This document shows positions 11,913-25,200 of a stretch of 54,331 bases of DNA, piece after piece (position 1 is the first letter of the stretch; each line of letters begins with the position of its first letter). The stretch comes from Catajapyx aquilonaris (lineage: Eukaryota), in the NCBI GenBank assembly GCA_000934665.2, contig KZ538681.1:1-54331 (forward strand), written 5' to 3'. The notes beneath the pieces were generated by a model. The model was not told the origin of the DNA. It saw only the letters and a program-made list of their open reading frames with translations, and searched no databases. Made by a program: the position numbers and the translations under genes.

Positions 11913-14900
11913 ATGATGTCCAGAAGCATCCCCGTGAAGCTTGGAGACTTCAGCGTGATCGACTCCGAATTCAACAATATTCGTGAGCGATTTGACGCCG
12001 AGATGAGGAAGATGGAGGACGAGATGACACGCTTCAGATCAGAGCTGATGAACCGAGAGTCCTCGTTCTTCAAGAGCACCACCAGGTAAACCAACCACTG
12101 AAATTAGACGTCCTTGGCATGACTTCCGGTTAATTTCTTTTGGCTTTGCTTAGTTTTTGGCCACCCTTGCTGTATATGTAGAGGAATGGAGGGCATCGAT
12201 TTTAAAGGTCATTCCCCAACCCCCTTGGAGTCTCCTTGGAGACCATCATACGGTTCGATACATGGTGGTCTTGTTAGTTGTTGGACACACACGCAACGTA
12301 CAGATGAAAAATAATGTAGGTGTGAAACGTGTAGAGTGCTTTGGCCTAATAAAGGCAATTGGGCGGAACCTGTTTGGTCACCTTTGGACGCTGCCCACAC
12401 TATATGAAGACGAACCAAAAAAAAAAAGCTTGACCTCAGGGCATCATGTCACAAAAAGTACTATAAAATGAGCATTGTTTTCTATAACTAGTAAAATACG
12501 AGCGATAGTTTTATACAACTAGCAGGGGACCCGTTCTTCGCACGGTGATTGATAAGTAAAAGAAATCTGTGCCAAACATCATTTTAAAATTTTAATTTTT
12601 TTGGACACTATTTAGACTCATAATATTGCAGTTTTCGTACATTTAATCAGTGTCACGTAAGACGTCAATATGCCAAGTTTACGCACTTAAAGTACTCCGG
12701 AAGTTGGTTAGGTAGCCGTCACATAAATACCAACAAACTTTCTGATTTATATAATTATGTAGGAATAATACAACATTTTAATATCGTAATGTTGGGCTGA
12801 AATTTATGGCATTTTGGATCTTCACGACTTTTGAGGCAAAAGTTTGGTCGTAAATAATTGTGATTGTAATTAACACTGGGTGAGGCTTAATTTAATATTC
12901 AGATTGGGTCCACGTGGCAACACAGCGTGGGGTTGGGTGGGAGAAGTCTTGATGATGGATGGGGCCAAAAGGGAGAGAGTCTCGCGGATGTTTTTGTCGC
13001 GTGTGGCCGACCCCCATGAAAACGAAAGAGAATTTTCTCCACAACAACCAGGCTGAAAGCTTCCTATTAGCATGAACTGGGCGTTAAAAGCGCGCCTATT
13101 TAGCCGAGAAAATTACGTCATTACTTCCTGTGTACTCGAAAAAAAAATCGTTCCGGTTCGAAGACTCGAATAATCTGAATATCGTGCCAGGTTAAATAGA
13201 TAAAGTGGGTGGTTGTAATAACATGGAAGTGAAGTTATGGGGATAATAACCCTCCACTAAAAAGTTTGTATACGAAAAAAAAAAAATTGTGCGAAGATTT
13301 GAGGTTGGTCCAAGTTAAACTTTTGGTCTTGAGGCACGTCACCTTTCGGTGACGTCAGCACTGCGAAATTTAAAACAGCCACATCTTGGGTTTCGGCTCA
13401 GAGACGGATTCGACTTCTTCGGCTTCAAGCCAAAATAAGAGTGGCAAGGGTGGCCGAAAACCTTGCAAACAGTTAACCGAGAAGTTAACATAACTAATAG
13501 CTTTGATGCTTGGTGTGAAGTGTAACAGCGTTTTATTTCCCAACTAGTTAACTAACCCATAATTATTTTTTTGTTTCTTTTTTTTAAAATTAGCTAATCG
13601 TGAATAATTTGCTAACATTTGTTGGGAAATAAAACGCAGGTAATGGACTTTGCATGACCTATTTTCTTCCTCATTTTTTCCCCCCCCTAACCAACCTGCC
13701 TGCCTACTACTATCGGGGTGAAGTCACACCAACAGCAACAACCAAACGACCTCGTCGTCTGGACGTGGCACGTCAGCCAGGGAGTTTCCAACAGAGCCTT
13801 TACTCTCAGATTTTGGGTCAAACTGGCCCGGTTCTAGTCGACAACATGAGAGTCACAGCGCTTCGGAGGTCCGTACCTCGTTCTTGGACAAAGGACGAAG
13901 GACTGAAAAGAGCGAGGAAAAGAGCACCACATCTTCTTCCTCCTCTACCACCTACGAGAAGAGGTGCTTTGGTGGGCTTAGCTGTTGTCTTGTAGCATGT
14001 GGGGGGGTCTAACAAATTGGGCGGAAAATGGGTACATAATTTTGTATAAAAACATGAGCAAAATGGTAACATATGCTTCTTTTTTTTCCATTGTCAGCTC
14101 GACAACATCGTCGTCGACGACCTCTGATGGCAGCTCACTCCGTCCAGAATCACAGACTTGGCTGGAAACCCTCAACAGCCCACTGATCCAGGATGCAGGA
14201 GGCGACAAGATGCTAAAGCTGCGTTTTGACGTCAACCAGTACACACCGGAAGAAATTGTCGTCAAAACTGTCGACAACAAGCTCCTGGTTAGTAAACACG
14301 TCGCACGTCGGCCATTTTCATCCCAAGCGTAGCGTTGGAAATACCTGCCAACTGCGCGAACTGTGGTGCGCACTCGGTGGCGCCCATTTAAAAAAAATCG
14401 TCGATAATACAGCCTGGAAAAATCGACATTATTGCTCATGCTGTTACGTAATCATTAACATGCAAATATACTACTCTAGACGCCATAAAATGCAGGGTCA
14501 CTGTTCTCGCTCTTGAAGTATGTGCCCTTGGGAAAGGTCGACCCTCCCCATACTATATCTCTAAATATTTTTTTGTATGTGTGTGTGTGTGTGTGCAAAA
14601 GTTGTGGCCACGATGTGTGGGTAGCAGACGCAATAACTATTTCGCAGCAACATTTTTTGGTAGACTCTGCATTTGGCATGACTATATATCCGGAGGAGTC
14701 TGATTGGATGGAAGTTGTACTCCCCAGACTCTGTCCATATATGGAAGCACACACATCACCTTTTGCGCCGGCCTTCTTTTTCACTAGCTCTCTGGCGCGG
14801 GGGCTGGGAATTCCAAGACCGGCAAGGTGTTGCCGCACTTACACTTTCACTATATGCAGAAGAAGAAGAAGACAAGGATAGAAATGGACCGGGTGAACAT

Positions 14901-15819
14901 TTGCAACGGTCTAATTTTGGGACTGGCTTTTTTTTATTGACGATCCAGCTTCACAAGTTGACCCTACTGAGTTAATAAAACGGGTTTAGAGGACGGGAGA
15001 AACTATTTATAAATTAAGTAAATTCATATTGGTATATCTATATAATAGCAGCAGAACCAGTTCTTCGCACAGCCTGTTTCCATTGTAAAAAAAAAGTCAC
15101 AGACCGGAAAAAATATCATTTTTATAGTCATTTATTAGACCCCCTTTTCCTCAATCAGCAGAATTTAAGCCATCAATGTGCAAAGTTTCGTCACTCTCAG
15201 TAGTCCGAAAGTGGGTTAGGTATCACGGACATACAGACAAACTTTCTGCTCTATGTAAGAAGATGGAATTGGCTAGGAGTGACTTTGTTCCTACGTTCGT
15301 TGACTCATCACCTAGGTGCATGTTACCACTTAGAGTGGGATGAGCCTATGCGCCAACTGGTAGTGGATTGTCGTACTACGTCAAAGTGAGCTGGCCGGGC
15401 AGTGTTGCCAAATTTGCTAGTATTTCAATAACTATTACTGGTGCTTAATTTCGCAATGTTATCCAGAAAAAATTGTTCTAGACGCAATTGGCTTCTATTC
15501 CTGCCTTACAGTGGTCTTATCAGAACGTATAAACTTGAAGGAAAATCAATACGGTCTTCTATAATGGCGAGTGGCTCTGGGATTGTTGACCTAACGAATA
15601 TTTTTTTGCGTCTTATTGTTGCAGGTTCACGCAAAGCACGAGGAGAAGAGCGATACCAAGTCGGTGTACCGGGAGTACAACCGTGAATTCCTGCTGCCCA
15701 AGGGCACCAACCCTGAGATGATCCGTTCTTCGCTGTCCAAAGACGGCGTCCTCACCGTCGAGGCGCCGTTGCCAGCTCTGGAGGCAGGCGAAAGGATGAT
15801 CCCAATCGCCCAACACTGA
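11913..15819 (+). CDS. Small heat-shock protein, Hsp21.4 / Drosophila CG14207 orthologous class; exons 11913-12085, 14098-14287, 15625-15819 (185 aa) plus optional exon 13724/13838-13963
   Basis: N-terminus IPVKLGDFSVIDSEFNNIRERFDAEMRKMEDEM and alpha-crystallin domain LKLRFDVNQYTPEEIVVKTVDNKLL/VHAKHEEK...LSKDGVLTVEAPLP. Canonical splice sites; AATAAA at about 16021. Confidence 0.93.
12519..12764 (-). mobile_element. Non-autonomous Helitron (Lep1-like), copy 1, in sHSP intron 1
   Basis: On the minus strand: TC start, internal AAAGTTTG motif, 3' hairpin CCGTGCGAAGAACGG then CTAG-T. Homologous to 15045-15263. Confidence 0.6.
15045..15263 (-). mobile_element. Non-autonomous Helitron (Lep1-like), copy 2, in sHSP intron 2
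   Basis: Shares GTTCTTCGCAC, GGTTAGGTA and ACAAACTTTCTG blocks with 12519-12764; A|TC start on the minus strand. Confidence 0.55.
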
Positions 15820-16141
15820 AAAAAAAACACACAACAAACCAGAAGAAAAAAAAATTTGAAACAAAAAAAAAATATTCTCTAACTAATATATATTATTGTT
15901 GATGACAAAAAAAAATTAATGCACAGATTGGGCCTATACCTGCACAAGGATATTTTTGTCTAATCTCCTTGAGTGGTGACAATTTAATTTATGATGATGG
16001 GTGAGGATTTATATTTAAAAAATAAATAAATATAATGTACTGAATTATATTTCACTGTCTAGCTTTGTCTCGCAGTGTAAACGAGGTCGTCACCATTTCG
16101 TTGTGTTCATGCAGTTTATTGTCCAATTCATGAATAAATGG

Positions 16142-16523
16142 TCACTCTTTATGGTACATCGTGTCTTCATTATTATTTTTTCGTCTCCAGCCAAGGACGA
16201 GCCAATGGTAATATTTTGGCTCATCCAGATTGCCAGATAAGATGCTGAGGACAGGACCACTGGCAGGAAAGGTCACCTTGGACACACCTGCGACACCACA
16301 ATTTATCAGACACACACAAAAAAAAGAGACGAAGGTTAACATACTGTTTAGTCCTCCACATGTCTTCAATTGGCACGAGTGTCGGTATGTCAATTTTGGC
16401 AAGACTGTCGCCCAATGACGCACCATACGACCTTCTGTAAGACAATGACTACCGGTACATTTTGTAGGCTACTGAAGGTGACTGCTGACCTGAATAGTCA
16501 TCTGGTCGTCCATTGCAAATCAT
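16142..16523 (-). CDS. Unknown small spliced gene (89 aa) or lncRNA; exons 16523-16490, 16434-16345, 16287-16142, plus an upstream exon at >=16602
   Basis: Three consecutive GT-AG introns of 55-57 nt, an open spliced frame, and AATAAA about 20 nt past the stop. No recognisable domain. Confidence 0.45.
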
Positions 16524-18167
16524 TGAAATGCAAATTAGATGTCACCTGTTTGTTATGAAACTACAGCACAAAATCGGTACTAAATGGCAACAGTGACTTA
16601 CAAATTAGCGGTAATGACATCAGCACTCATTGTTTAATTATTGCTTCTGGTGGTGACGACGGCTACATTTCGCAAGATAACATTCCAGGAAGACCCACTA
16701 CCACGCATCAGTACCTCCCCCAAAGTATTTTCGTTGAAAAGTGGCCTAATTTTCCGGGTATCCTGAAAACATCCTGTTTTCACAACACACTTCTGCCCAT
16801 CAAAAATAATGGCGCCCGACTAGAAAATAAATTCCTCCCATCGTAAAATGATCATAATATTATTGAGCAAATATGCTTCAATCACGAAATCTCCATACAT
16901 ACTCCCTTGCATATTTTTTTTCTTGTATAGGCCTACGTGTCCGCTTCCATTAAGGAGTCAGACCATTATTGTATAACCTGCAAAGGCAAGTGCATTGTGC
17001 ACTTTGGCATGAGGCAGCAAAAGCTTGAGTCATGATTCGTGACGAGGAAGATTTTCAGCCTGGGATGAGCTAACATTAGATCTATGATCAGTCTGGTGGT
17101 GCGCGATTCATTCGAGCGGAGGTTGTTGTGTAGGGTTTCCTGTCCTATTCATTGCAACTTCCTTTTTTTGCAACCAAAGTGAAAATGCGCCATCTGGTTT
17201 ACAAGGTTGGGGTGTTCAGCTTTGGATTACTCGGCAGATGGCGGTCCAGGCTTGGGATATAGAATGCGGAGGACCTCTGATGGCCGCGGGTAAAATTTCT
17301 AGGAACATGCACCATGAAGATGACTAATCCTTGGATGAATTTTCCAGAGAATTAATTGGTGACGAACTTGTACTAAAAACAATTTTACCCAAACATGTAC
17401 GAAAAAACCTCTCACGGGCTTTTGTAATTCAATTACAAACACGTGGAGAAGAAACTATAGCAAAATGCCAAGGGGATAAAGAGATAATAGTCCCAGTGAG
17501 CTCCAATGAGATAGCAGATCCGCCTCTGAATGTTTCTTCTGCCTGATTGGATTGCTAAAGTTTTCCTATCGTAATATATCTTCATTCGTTCCCTGAACTT
17601 GCCTATATCTCTCTCTTGGAATTGAAGGACGTAAATTCTTGCAGGCTTCTTCCAGCCATTAATTTCACATATAACTGATAGCAGAATTTTTTGGGGCAAA
17701 ATTTTCTTTTGCGCTTATTTTACTGTATAAGTTTCAACTGATCATATAGAAAAGAATTTGTCGTGGTCAGGATATCCGGCACTGGACAACTTGATTAATG
17801 ACCTCATCATACAGAGTGCATTGTAAATTGCGATATGTAATCAACGCGTGCCATCACAATTATTTTCTCCAGTGCACGTGCCTCTTTGTCACGATTTTTT
17901 TCCCTCTTTTTAATTACCCAACTTTAACAACCACTTGACACGACACATTCACCTCGTTACACCTAATGTTGGACCAATTAATCCATAGTACGTACCTGAC
18001 TCTTCTGAAGCATCAACCCAATGCAACGTCCTGGCCTACAAAGCATGAACTATGCCAAAATACTTTTTTTGGACACCATTTTTTTTCCATACAAAACATA
18101 AGAAAAGTAACTGTATTTCACATGCGCAAGATATACAAACGGTGCTGATGTTCCAGTGAGTGACCTG

Positions 18168-19404
18168 TCACTTTTTTATATATACTATAGTCACCCATTT
18201 TTTTTTTTTTTTTTTGTCTGTGTGGGTCGGATGCCTGCTCATGTGGGCTTGACCGCACTTCCAAGTTGCGCCCTTCCGGACAACGCTTCCATTGTGGGTT
18301 CTTCCGGTAACCAAAATTAAAACAGCCTGACCCCCCTCTGCGGGTCTGTTCACCTGTCCTTTCTAATGCTGTGGCACAGGTAGCAAGCTGCAGCCAGACC
18401 AATCACCTCGACGCCGGCGACGCCCAAACCGACGGCTCCCAAAAGCAATGACTCGGATCTGAGCCATTGTCGCAGCTTAGGAAGACAACCCTGGGAAATA
18501 ATGTCAAAAGGTCATCATTTTGACATTCATGTTTCAAAATTTGCTGACCTCTGCATGTCGTCCGAATTGCTGGCGTGCTTCAGGCGCCTGGCAGAGTGTC
18601 CTGTTGCGAGGTACTGGGTTCAAAAATGCCCTGGGGTCATTGGCGTTGGCCAGAAGACAACAGGTCAACGGTATGTTCATGTCCGCACCTCCCAAACGAC
18701 GAACACGCCAAGTGGACGCCTCATAATCCAACGCGCTTTCAACACCGCAGCATTGGAACTGCCAAAATTTGGTCCGCGGTGAGTCATCACTAGCTGATGA
18801 CTCACCGCGGACAAACTTCTCAAGCTTACTGACCTTGTACTGAAGGTAGTCGATGGCCCTTGTGACCTGCTCTTCTCCTGAGGTACCGTACCGACCTTGC
18901 ACCTGGTTGGAAAGCGAGTCGGTCACCCTGGTCAGAAGCTGCGACTGGAACAGCATCGCGGCGCCACCGACGCCCAGCTCAGCCAGCATCACAATCAAAA
19001 GGAAGAAACAATACTACACACAACAATGGGTGCCAAACACTGGCTATAAAAGGATGCTTACGAAGCCAAGGAGACATGGGCTTTCTCTAAGTGCGGCGCA
19101 GCAACCGATGACTCCGACGGCGCAAACGACGCCTCCGACGCCTAGGAGAGCTAGGGACAGCCAGTAGAGAAGAGGCAAAGGTGGGCCAAGATGGTCCCCT
19201 AAATGCAGAAGATGAAACAGTAGGACTCGACCACTGTCTGTCACCAGAAGAAGACCCAGGACGAACAAGCCGGCGCCTGAAATCTGCATCAAAATTTAAA
19301 TTAATTTAAATTAATTAGCGAATAAAAATTGCACTTACCCAAAAGACGCAATTGAAGCATAGAAGTAATGCTTTGCCAACTTTGGACTCATCCTTCACCT
19401 TCAT
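18168..19404 (-). CDS. Tetraspanin; exons 19404-19339, 19283-19062, 19013-18834, 18758-18549, 18490 to about 18168 (3' end uncertain)
   Basis: Four TM segments, FN.VFW in TM1, IGCCAALRES, EC2 motifs CCG, PLTCC and GC; phase-0 GT-AG introns. Confidence 0.9.
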
Positions 19405-20457
19405 AGCTTTCTGAAAATGATCCGACACCACACCGTTACAATATTTTCACTTTTTAATATAATTGATTGATGTGTAATGAACGGTATTAATTTCCGAGTT
19501 CAAAAGGTGAACGTGCGAACTGGAACAATTCACATTATTTTCACTCCATTCCCACACTTTCACCTTTAAAAAAAAAATCAAACTTCCCAAATAAAATTGA
19601 ATAGAAAATATTCCCGTGACAATAAGCTAACATCGGAGCGTGTGTCAAAACAAAAGGACCTTTAAGAGGATGAAAGTCATTCCGGAAGAAGAAGATGTTG
19701 AGAACAATTGGAGCGAACATCCTCTTAGCCTTATTTTGAGCAACAAAAAGAGTGTATGCAACAATGGTCATGACTTGCCCGATTCGATGCCCTCGTTTTT
19801 AGCTGGACCGAAGAATGAAAGGGTCGGTTTGGGAAGATTTGGTGTGGTCAACTCCACACTATTTTTGTCAACTTTATATCGCCATGACCTGAATGCTCAG
19901 CATCCCTATACACAGTGCTCAAGTTGGAAACAAACTATGCAATGAACACATATGTTGACGACATATGAAATAGCATGCCTGCAATTTTGTAATGAAATGT
20001 GTTGTGTCAAGTACTTACGTGCAGGAGCTGAAATCCAGCACGTTCAGTCCGGAGGCACAAGCATGTCCGGCCAAACCACCTGCGACTAGCTGAATGCAAC
20101 TCGTCCCCATATCCCTTCACGCCCACTGGATCTCCCTCCCCCCTCCCTTCCTCTCTCTCTAATCCTCCTCCTGACTAACCAACCCCACCCTCTCTACCCA
20201 ACCAGAAACATAACCTAGTTTTGATATCATGGGAAAAATACCTTTCGGAGGAAATGGACAGGGGAAGGGGGGGAAAAAAAATGCGGCTGAGGGTAACGAG
20301 CAGGAAAAATTAATAGACCATGCGTTTACAGAGAAATATGTAACGTTTCATTATTCCGGATTGAATGTGTACACACATATTGCATCAGATTTGTATCCAG
20401 GCATGGAAATGTTTTTTTTATTGTGCTGATGTTTTTCACAATGTTTGGAAGGTAGAT

Positions 20458-22005
20458 TCAAAAGTCGATTTTCTTTCCGTGGATTCTGCCGCAACTAGGC
20501 ATCACCGGCTCATCCTGCTCTCGTTCAGTCGTTTCAGGCAATTCAGGCGGCAAGTGCAGCTTCTAAAATGTAAAGAAGAAAACATGTCACAAATACACCA
20601 ATCAAAAGTACTTTAGGTATTCACAACAAGCAGGACTCACTTCGATTACAAACTTCCTTTTCCTTAACTTGAACGCGAGGTCAAATGTTTCAGGGATGTG
20701 ACCCACCAATGAGTTCAATGTGGGCAACTTCACCAGATGGAACAGCCCTTGGTAATCCTTAAACACTGGATTAGTTTCCTGATCTGAGCCCTCGAACGAC
20801 TCCAGACGGATCACAGTATCGCACATGTGCTCGCACCGTCGCATCCCCAAATCATGCGGAAACAAGTGCGTTGGCATTGTGACCACAGCGACGGCAAAGG
20901 ATGACCTCAAGGTTGCCCTAAGCCGCATCAGAAACTTGGAGCGAGACCTGCCAGACCAGTACGGCGACCCAAACGAGTGGATCCCAATCCTCATGATTTT
21001 TCCAGCACTTCTGTCAGTGGTCCCTAATTCCTGGCTCTGTATCTCAGTCTGAATGGAACGAATCAGATCCACATTAGGGTCTCTCCAATAAGTGACGTGA
21101 GCCTCTTGGATGAGATGTTGGGGAATTTTCTTTGACAGATCGTACTGATGGCTGAAGTCTGAACTGCCTGATGACTGAAGCCGTGGATTGTGGCTGTACC
21201 GCCACGCAATCTGCATTGGAGTGCTGTCACCTTCAGCCTCCATATCTTCCGAGGTCGAGTCCCGCATAACGGGTGCAGGTAGCTGGCTCACCTGGAAAGC
21301 ACAAGCATCAATGGGTATCATTTAATTACTTTGCTTCACATTATTGCAATTTGTCAGTACTGTATCATTGTTTTTCTGATAATACTTATTAATTTATTCA
21401 TTCATGTACTTATTTATTTATTCATTCATGTACTTTTTATTCATTTATCCATTCATGTACTTGTTTATTCATTTATCCATTTGTGTACTTGTTTATTCAT
21501 TTATCCATTCATGTACTTGTTTATTCATTTATTTCCTTATTTCCTTATTTATTATACATTATTTTTGTGAACCATTGTTTGAACCGTAAGCGTACCAGCT
21601 CCTCCGGAGTCACGTCCAGTGCACAGACATGTAGCGAATGTCCGCACTGGATACCTTCAGCCAGGAAGTACTTGAGCAGCATCTTCGCATAACTCCCATA
21701 CGTATCTTCCTCTGCAACAATAACAAAAGGTCACATAACCTCCAAGCTAATTTTAAAAAATCAAACTTTACCTATCATCAAAATAGTCCCAACTGCAAGT
21801 CCACCACCTGTGAAGATAGTTATTATTTTTTCCTGCCCATTATTTTGAGACCAGCTTTTTCCCAATGTATGTTACCAAGCAGGTGGTCCAACGAGGCAGC
21901 TCCGGTGGACACCAGAAGCTGTGCGTTGTGTACGGAGGGCTTGGTACCGCGTATTCTTGGCCATCTGCTCGGCGTGGTGCGGACGAAGCTCGTGGGCGCC
22001 GCCAT
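20458..22005 (-). CDS. Elp4: Elongator complex protein 4; exons 22005-21876, 21807-21772, 21711-21596, 21291-20641, 20562-20458
   Basis: GTKPS..NAQLLVSTG..SLD.LLGGGL.VG, EED..GSY...LLKYFLAEG, M.IAWRY, LAFKLRKRKFVIEKLHLPP, C-terminal DF; consistent splice phases. Confidence 0.93.
21385..21545. repeat. Degenerate AT-rich tandem repeat (TTTATTCATTTATCCATTCATGTAC-like) in an Elp4 intron
   Basis: Repeated ATTCATGTACTT/TTTATTCATT units. Confidence 0.75.
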
Positions 22006-22292
22006 CTTGACAACAGAGGTGCCAGAACAAGATGCACGCAGCTTCAGCTGGTACCCCTGCAACGGCATGCCACACCCATCTTATTCACACACCGGATTTG
22101 GCACACCCTCTAGTTGATTGGCTCCCAACAGCCAATGGAAGCCCGGCTTATGCCATATCCAATGTGCCTTTCACACTCCTGGGCCCAACCCATACAAATC
22201 CGAACCTGGGGCGTTGTCCCAACTGTTTTGTGGACTTCAGAATATTTTTCTTTCAATTTTTATGCTTTTGACTGATGCTCTGCTGAGCCAAC

Positions 22293-25200
22293 ATGTCCAA
22301 GTTCTACGCTGCTTGTCTGGCCTCGTTCCTGCTCAGCCTACTTCACACCGGTCAGTACTCGCCTCTTTTAAATACAGAAAAAAACATATAGTTGACAGCA
22401 TGTTGCATGAAAAGTGCAGCATCCCTCTGAATAATGCAGTGTTATGAACTAAGAAGGTGGTCAACTATGCACTTAACGGATGATTTTATTTTATTTTTAA
22501 ATTCAGCGGACAGCCTCTGGTGCTACCGGTGTGTCGGGACGCACCCTGGATGTGGGGACGACTTCGACTGGCGCTGGTACTGGAGCTGGTACTGCCCGGA
22601 GGCAGACGACAAGTGTGTTAAGCTCATTGAGAGGAAAGATGGTGAGAAAATGTGTCAAATTATGTAGTAAGATCATACTACCATCTTTTGCAGTTAATTC
22701 GTCAGGGATCAGGCATTTATTAGTATAAATTATTATTTATTATTGTAATTTATTAGCTATTATTGTCATTTATTAGTTAGTTATTAGTCTTATTACTGTC
22801 ATCTATTAATCAGTTATTGTCATTATTACTGTCATCTATTAATCAGTTATTGTCATTATTACTGTCATCTATTAATCAGTTATTGTCATTATTACTGTCA
22901 TCTATTAATCAGTTATTGTCATTATTACTGTCATCTATTAATCAGTTATTGTCATTATTACTGTCATCTATTAATCAGTTATTGTCATTATTAGTTATTT
23001 ATTATTGTCATTATTTAGCAATTTTGTCATTATTAATTTATTATCGTCATGTACTTGCCCAAACCCAGAATAATTCGCTCACCCTGATATTTCCCAGTTG
23101 AGAATATGGAAATGACGAAATATAAATTAATTGCACATAAATAGGGTGTCATGAAGGTCGCCTACGTATAGAGTGGCATCTTGCCCACATGATGGCACAA
23201 AAATGCCTCCTCCAGCGCACATATGACCCAGGTCCCAGAGGTTTAAAAATGCGCAATGGGAGTCAGAAGTGTTCGTTCACAGCGCGCACTGCGTCAAATG
23301 AATTCGCTCAAGTACAATGACTCGATGCTCTGGCAAGTTCCTTTCGAGATAGCAGGCATCATTTCATGCTCGAACTCTGCGCTGGAAGGTTTGACCATGG
23401 TACGTGGAAGACCTCTCCAAAAAGACTTGCGAGTAGCCATACTGACAGCCCACAACGCGGGAAGGTCCGGCCGTGACATCGCACGGTCTTTTCAACTGCC
23501 ACAGAGAACTATTTCGGACCTGCTTCGGCGATATGCGCAGGCAGGGAGCTTGCTACCAAGACGTCGTACCGGACGTCCTAGGACAACGACACCCAGGGAG
23601 CTGAGAACATTGCGCCGATTGGTCAAGAAAGACCGCCGACAAAGCACGGCCGACGTGAATCAGGAATGGGCAAGGGTTACCGGGCAACCACGGTCGACAT
23701 CCACATGCAGGAGAAGGCTACATGAACTGGCGATGGATTTCTACAAGGTGAGGACAAGGTGCCACGTGCATAGATATAGTGTCACATCCGTAGTATTAAC
23801 CATTTTACTGTAGGCCAAGAAAAAACCGCTGCTCACCCATGCCCAAAAGAGGAAGGCATTGCTAAGGGCGAAGGAGAGGAGGGGGTGGAACAAGAGGATC
23901 TGGGCCACAATCATCTTCAGTGACGAGTCCTCTTTCCAAGTGATCCCGTCGGACACCCGGCGACACCATTCGCACGAAAAAGGACGCTTTCCATCCAGAC
24001 TGCCTGGAACGGACTGTGAAGCATGCAGCAAGTGTGATGGTGTGGGGCTGTATAGGGAGGAGTGGCACTGGAACCTTGCAAGTTGTGGAAGGGAAGATCA
24101 ACCAACACAAGTATCAGGCCGTCCTGAGGGACAGTCTCTTGCCATCGCTTCCAAAGCTGCGCCCGATGGGCAACTTCCTGTTCCAGCAAGATGGAGCTAC
24201 ATGCCACATCGCAAAAAAACGACCAAAACGTGGCTGGACGACAATGGTATTGGTACCCTGCCATGGCCTCCCAGCAGCCCCGACCTCAACCCTATCGAGA
24301 CAATATGGAAGAAAATGAAGCAGCATCTGAGGCACATGCGTCCCCGAACTGTCAAGTCACTGGTACAGAGACTTCAAGAAATATGGGATAGTGTGACCCC
24401 AGAGCAGTGTGCAGCTCTCTACGACAAGATGCCCCAACGTCTGGAGGCTGTTATTGCAGCTAAGGGGGATGTCACGCCTTATTGAGTGCCTTTATGTTAT
24501 CCATGTTCATTAAAATGCATAATTACTGTACCTGAGCGAATTCATTTGACGCAGCGCGCGCTGTGAGCGAACACTTCTGACTCCCATCGCGCATTTTTAA
24601 ACCTCTGTGACCTGGGTCATATGTGCGCTGGAGGAGGCATTTTTGTGCCATCGTGTGGGCAAGATGCCACTCTGTACATAGGCGACCTTCATGACACCCT
24701 ATTTATGTGCAATTAATTTATATTTCGTCATTTCCATATTCTCAACTGGGAAATATCAGGGTGAGCGAATTATTCTGGGTTTGGGCAAGTATTACTTATT
24801 AGTACTATTATAAATAATAAGGACTAGGTGTACATACTAGTGGGCTTGCCCCATTATGGGATTAATTTTGCAAAGTAATGAATGAATTATTTATCATTAC
24901 TAATTGCTGCTAATTAATTTCCAGCTGATGTGCTGATTACTCGGGATTGCCTGAGCAGCCTTCGAGTGCACAGGCATGACATTCCGGCTGATACGTACGA
25001 AGGGTGCCGTAATGCTTCCACTGATGTTCGTTTGGGTCATTATGTGTTTGACGACATTAAGGAATATGATGTCCGCAGGTTGGAATAATTTATCTTCTAA
25101 CTTGAGTGCAAATGTGGTCGGATTACTTGGCGGTTTTGTTGTAATTTTTTTCCTGTGTTTTGCAGAAATTATTACGACCAGGTGACCTGGTGCTTCTGCG

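Noticed and set aside
17331..17699. Short overlapping ORFs between the micro-gene and the tetraspanin
   Set aside because: No recognisable motif or consistent splice model.
22791..22988. 33-bp repeats as a CRISPR array or a Leu-rich ORF (22817-23101)
   Set aside because: The units are contiguous with no spacers, intronic and eukaryotic; this is a minisatellite.
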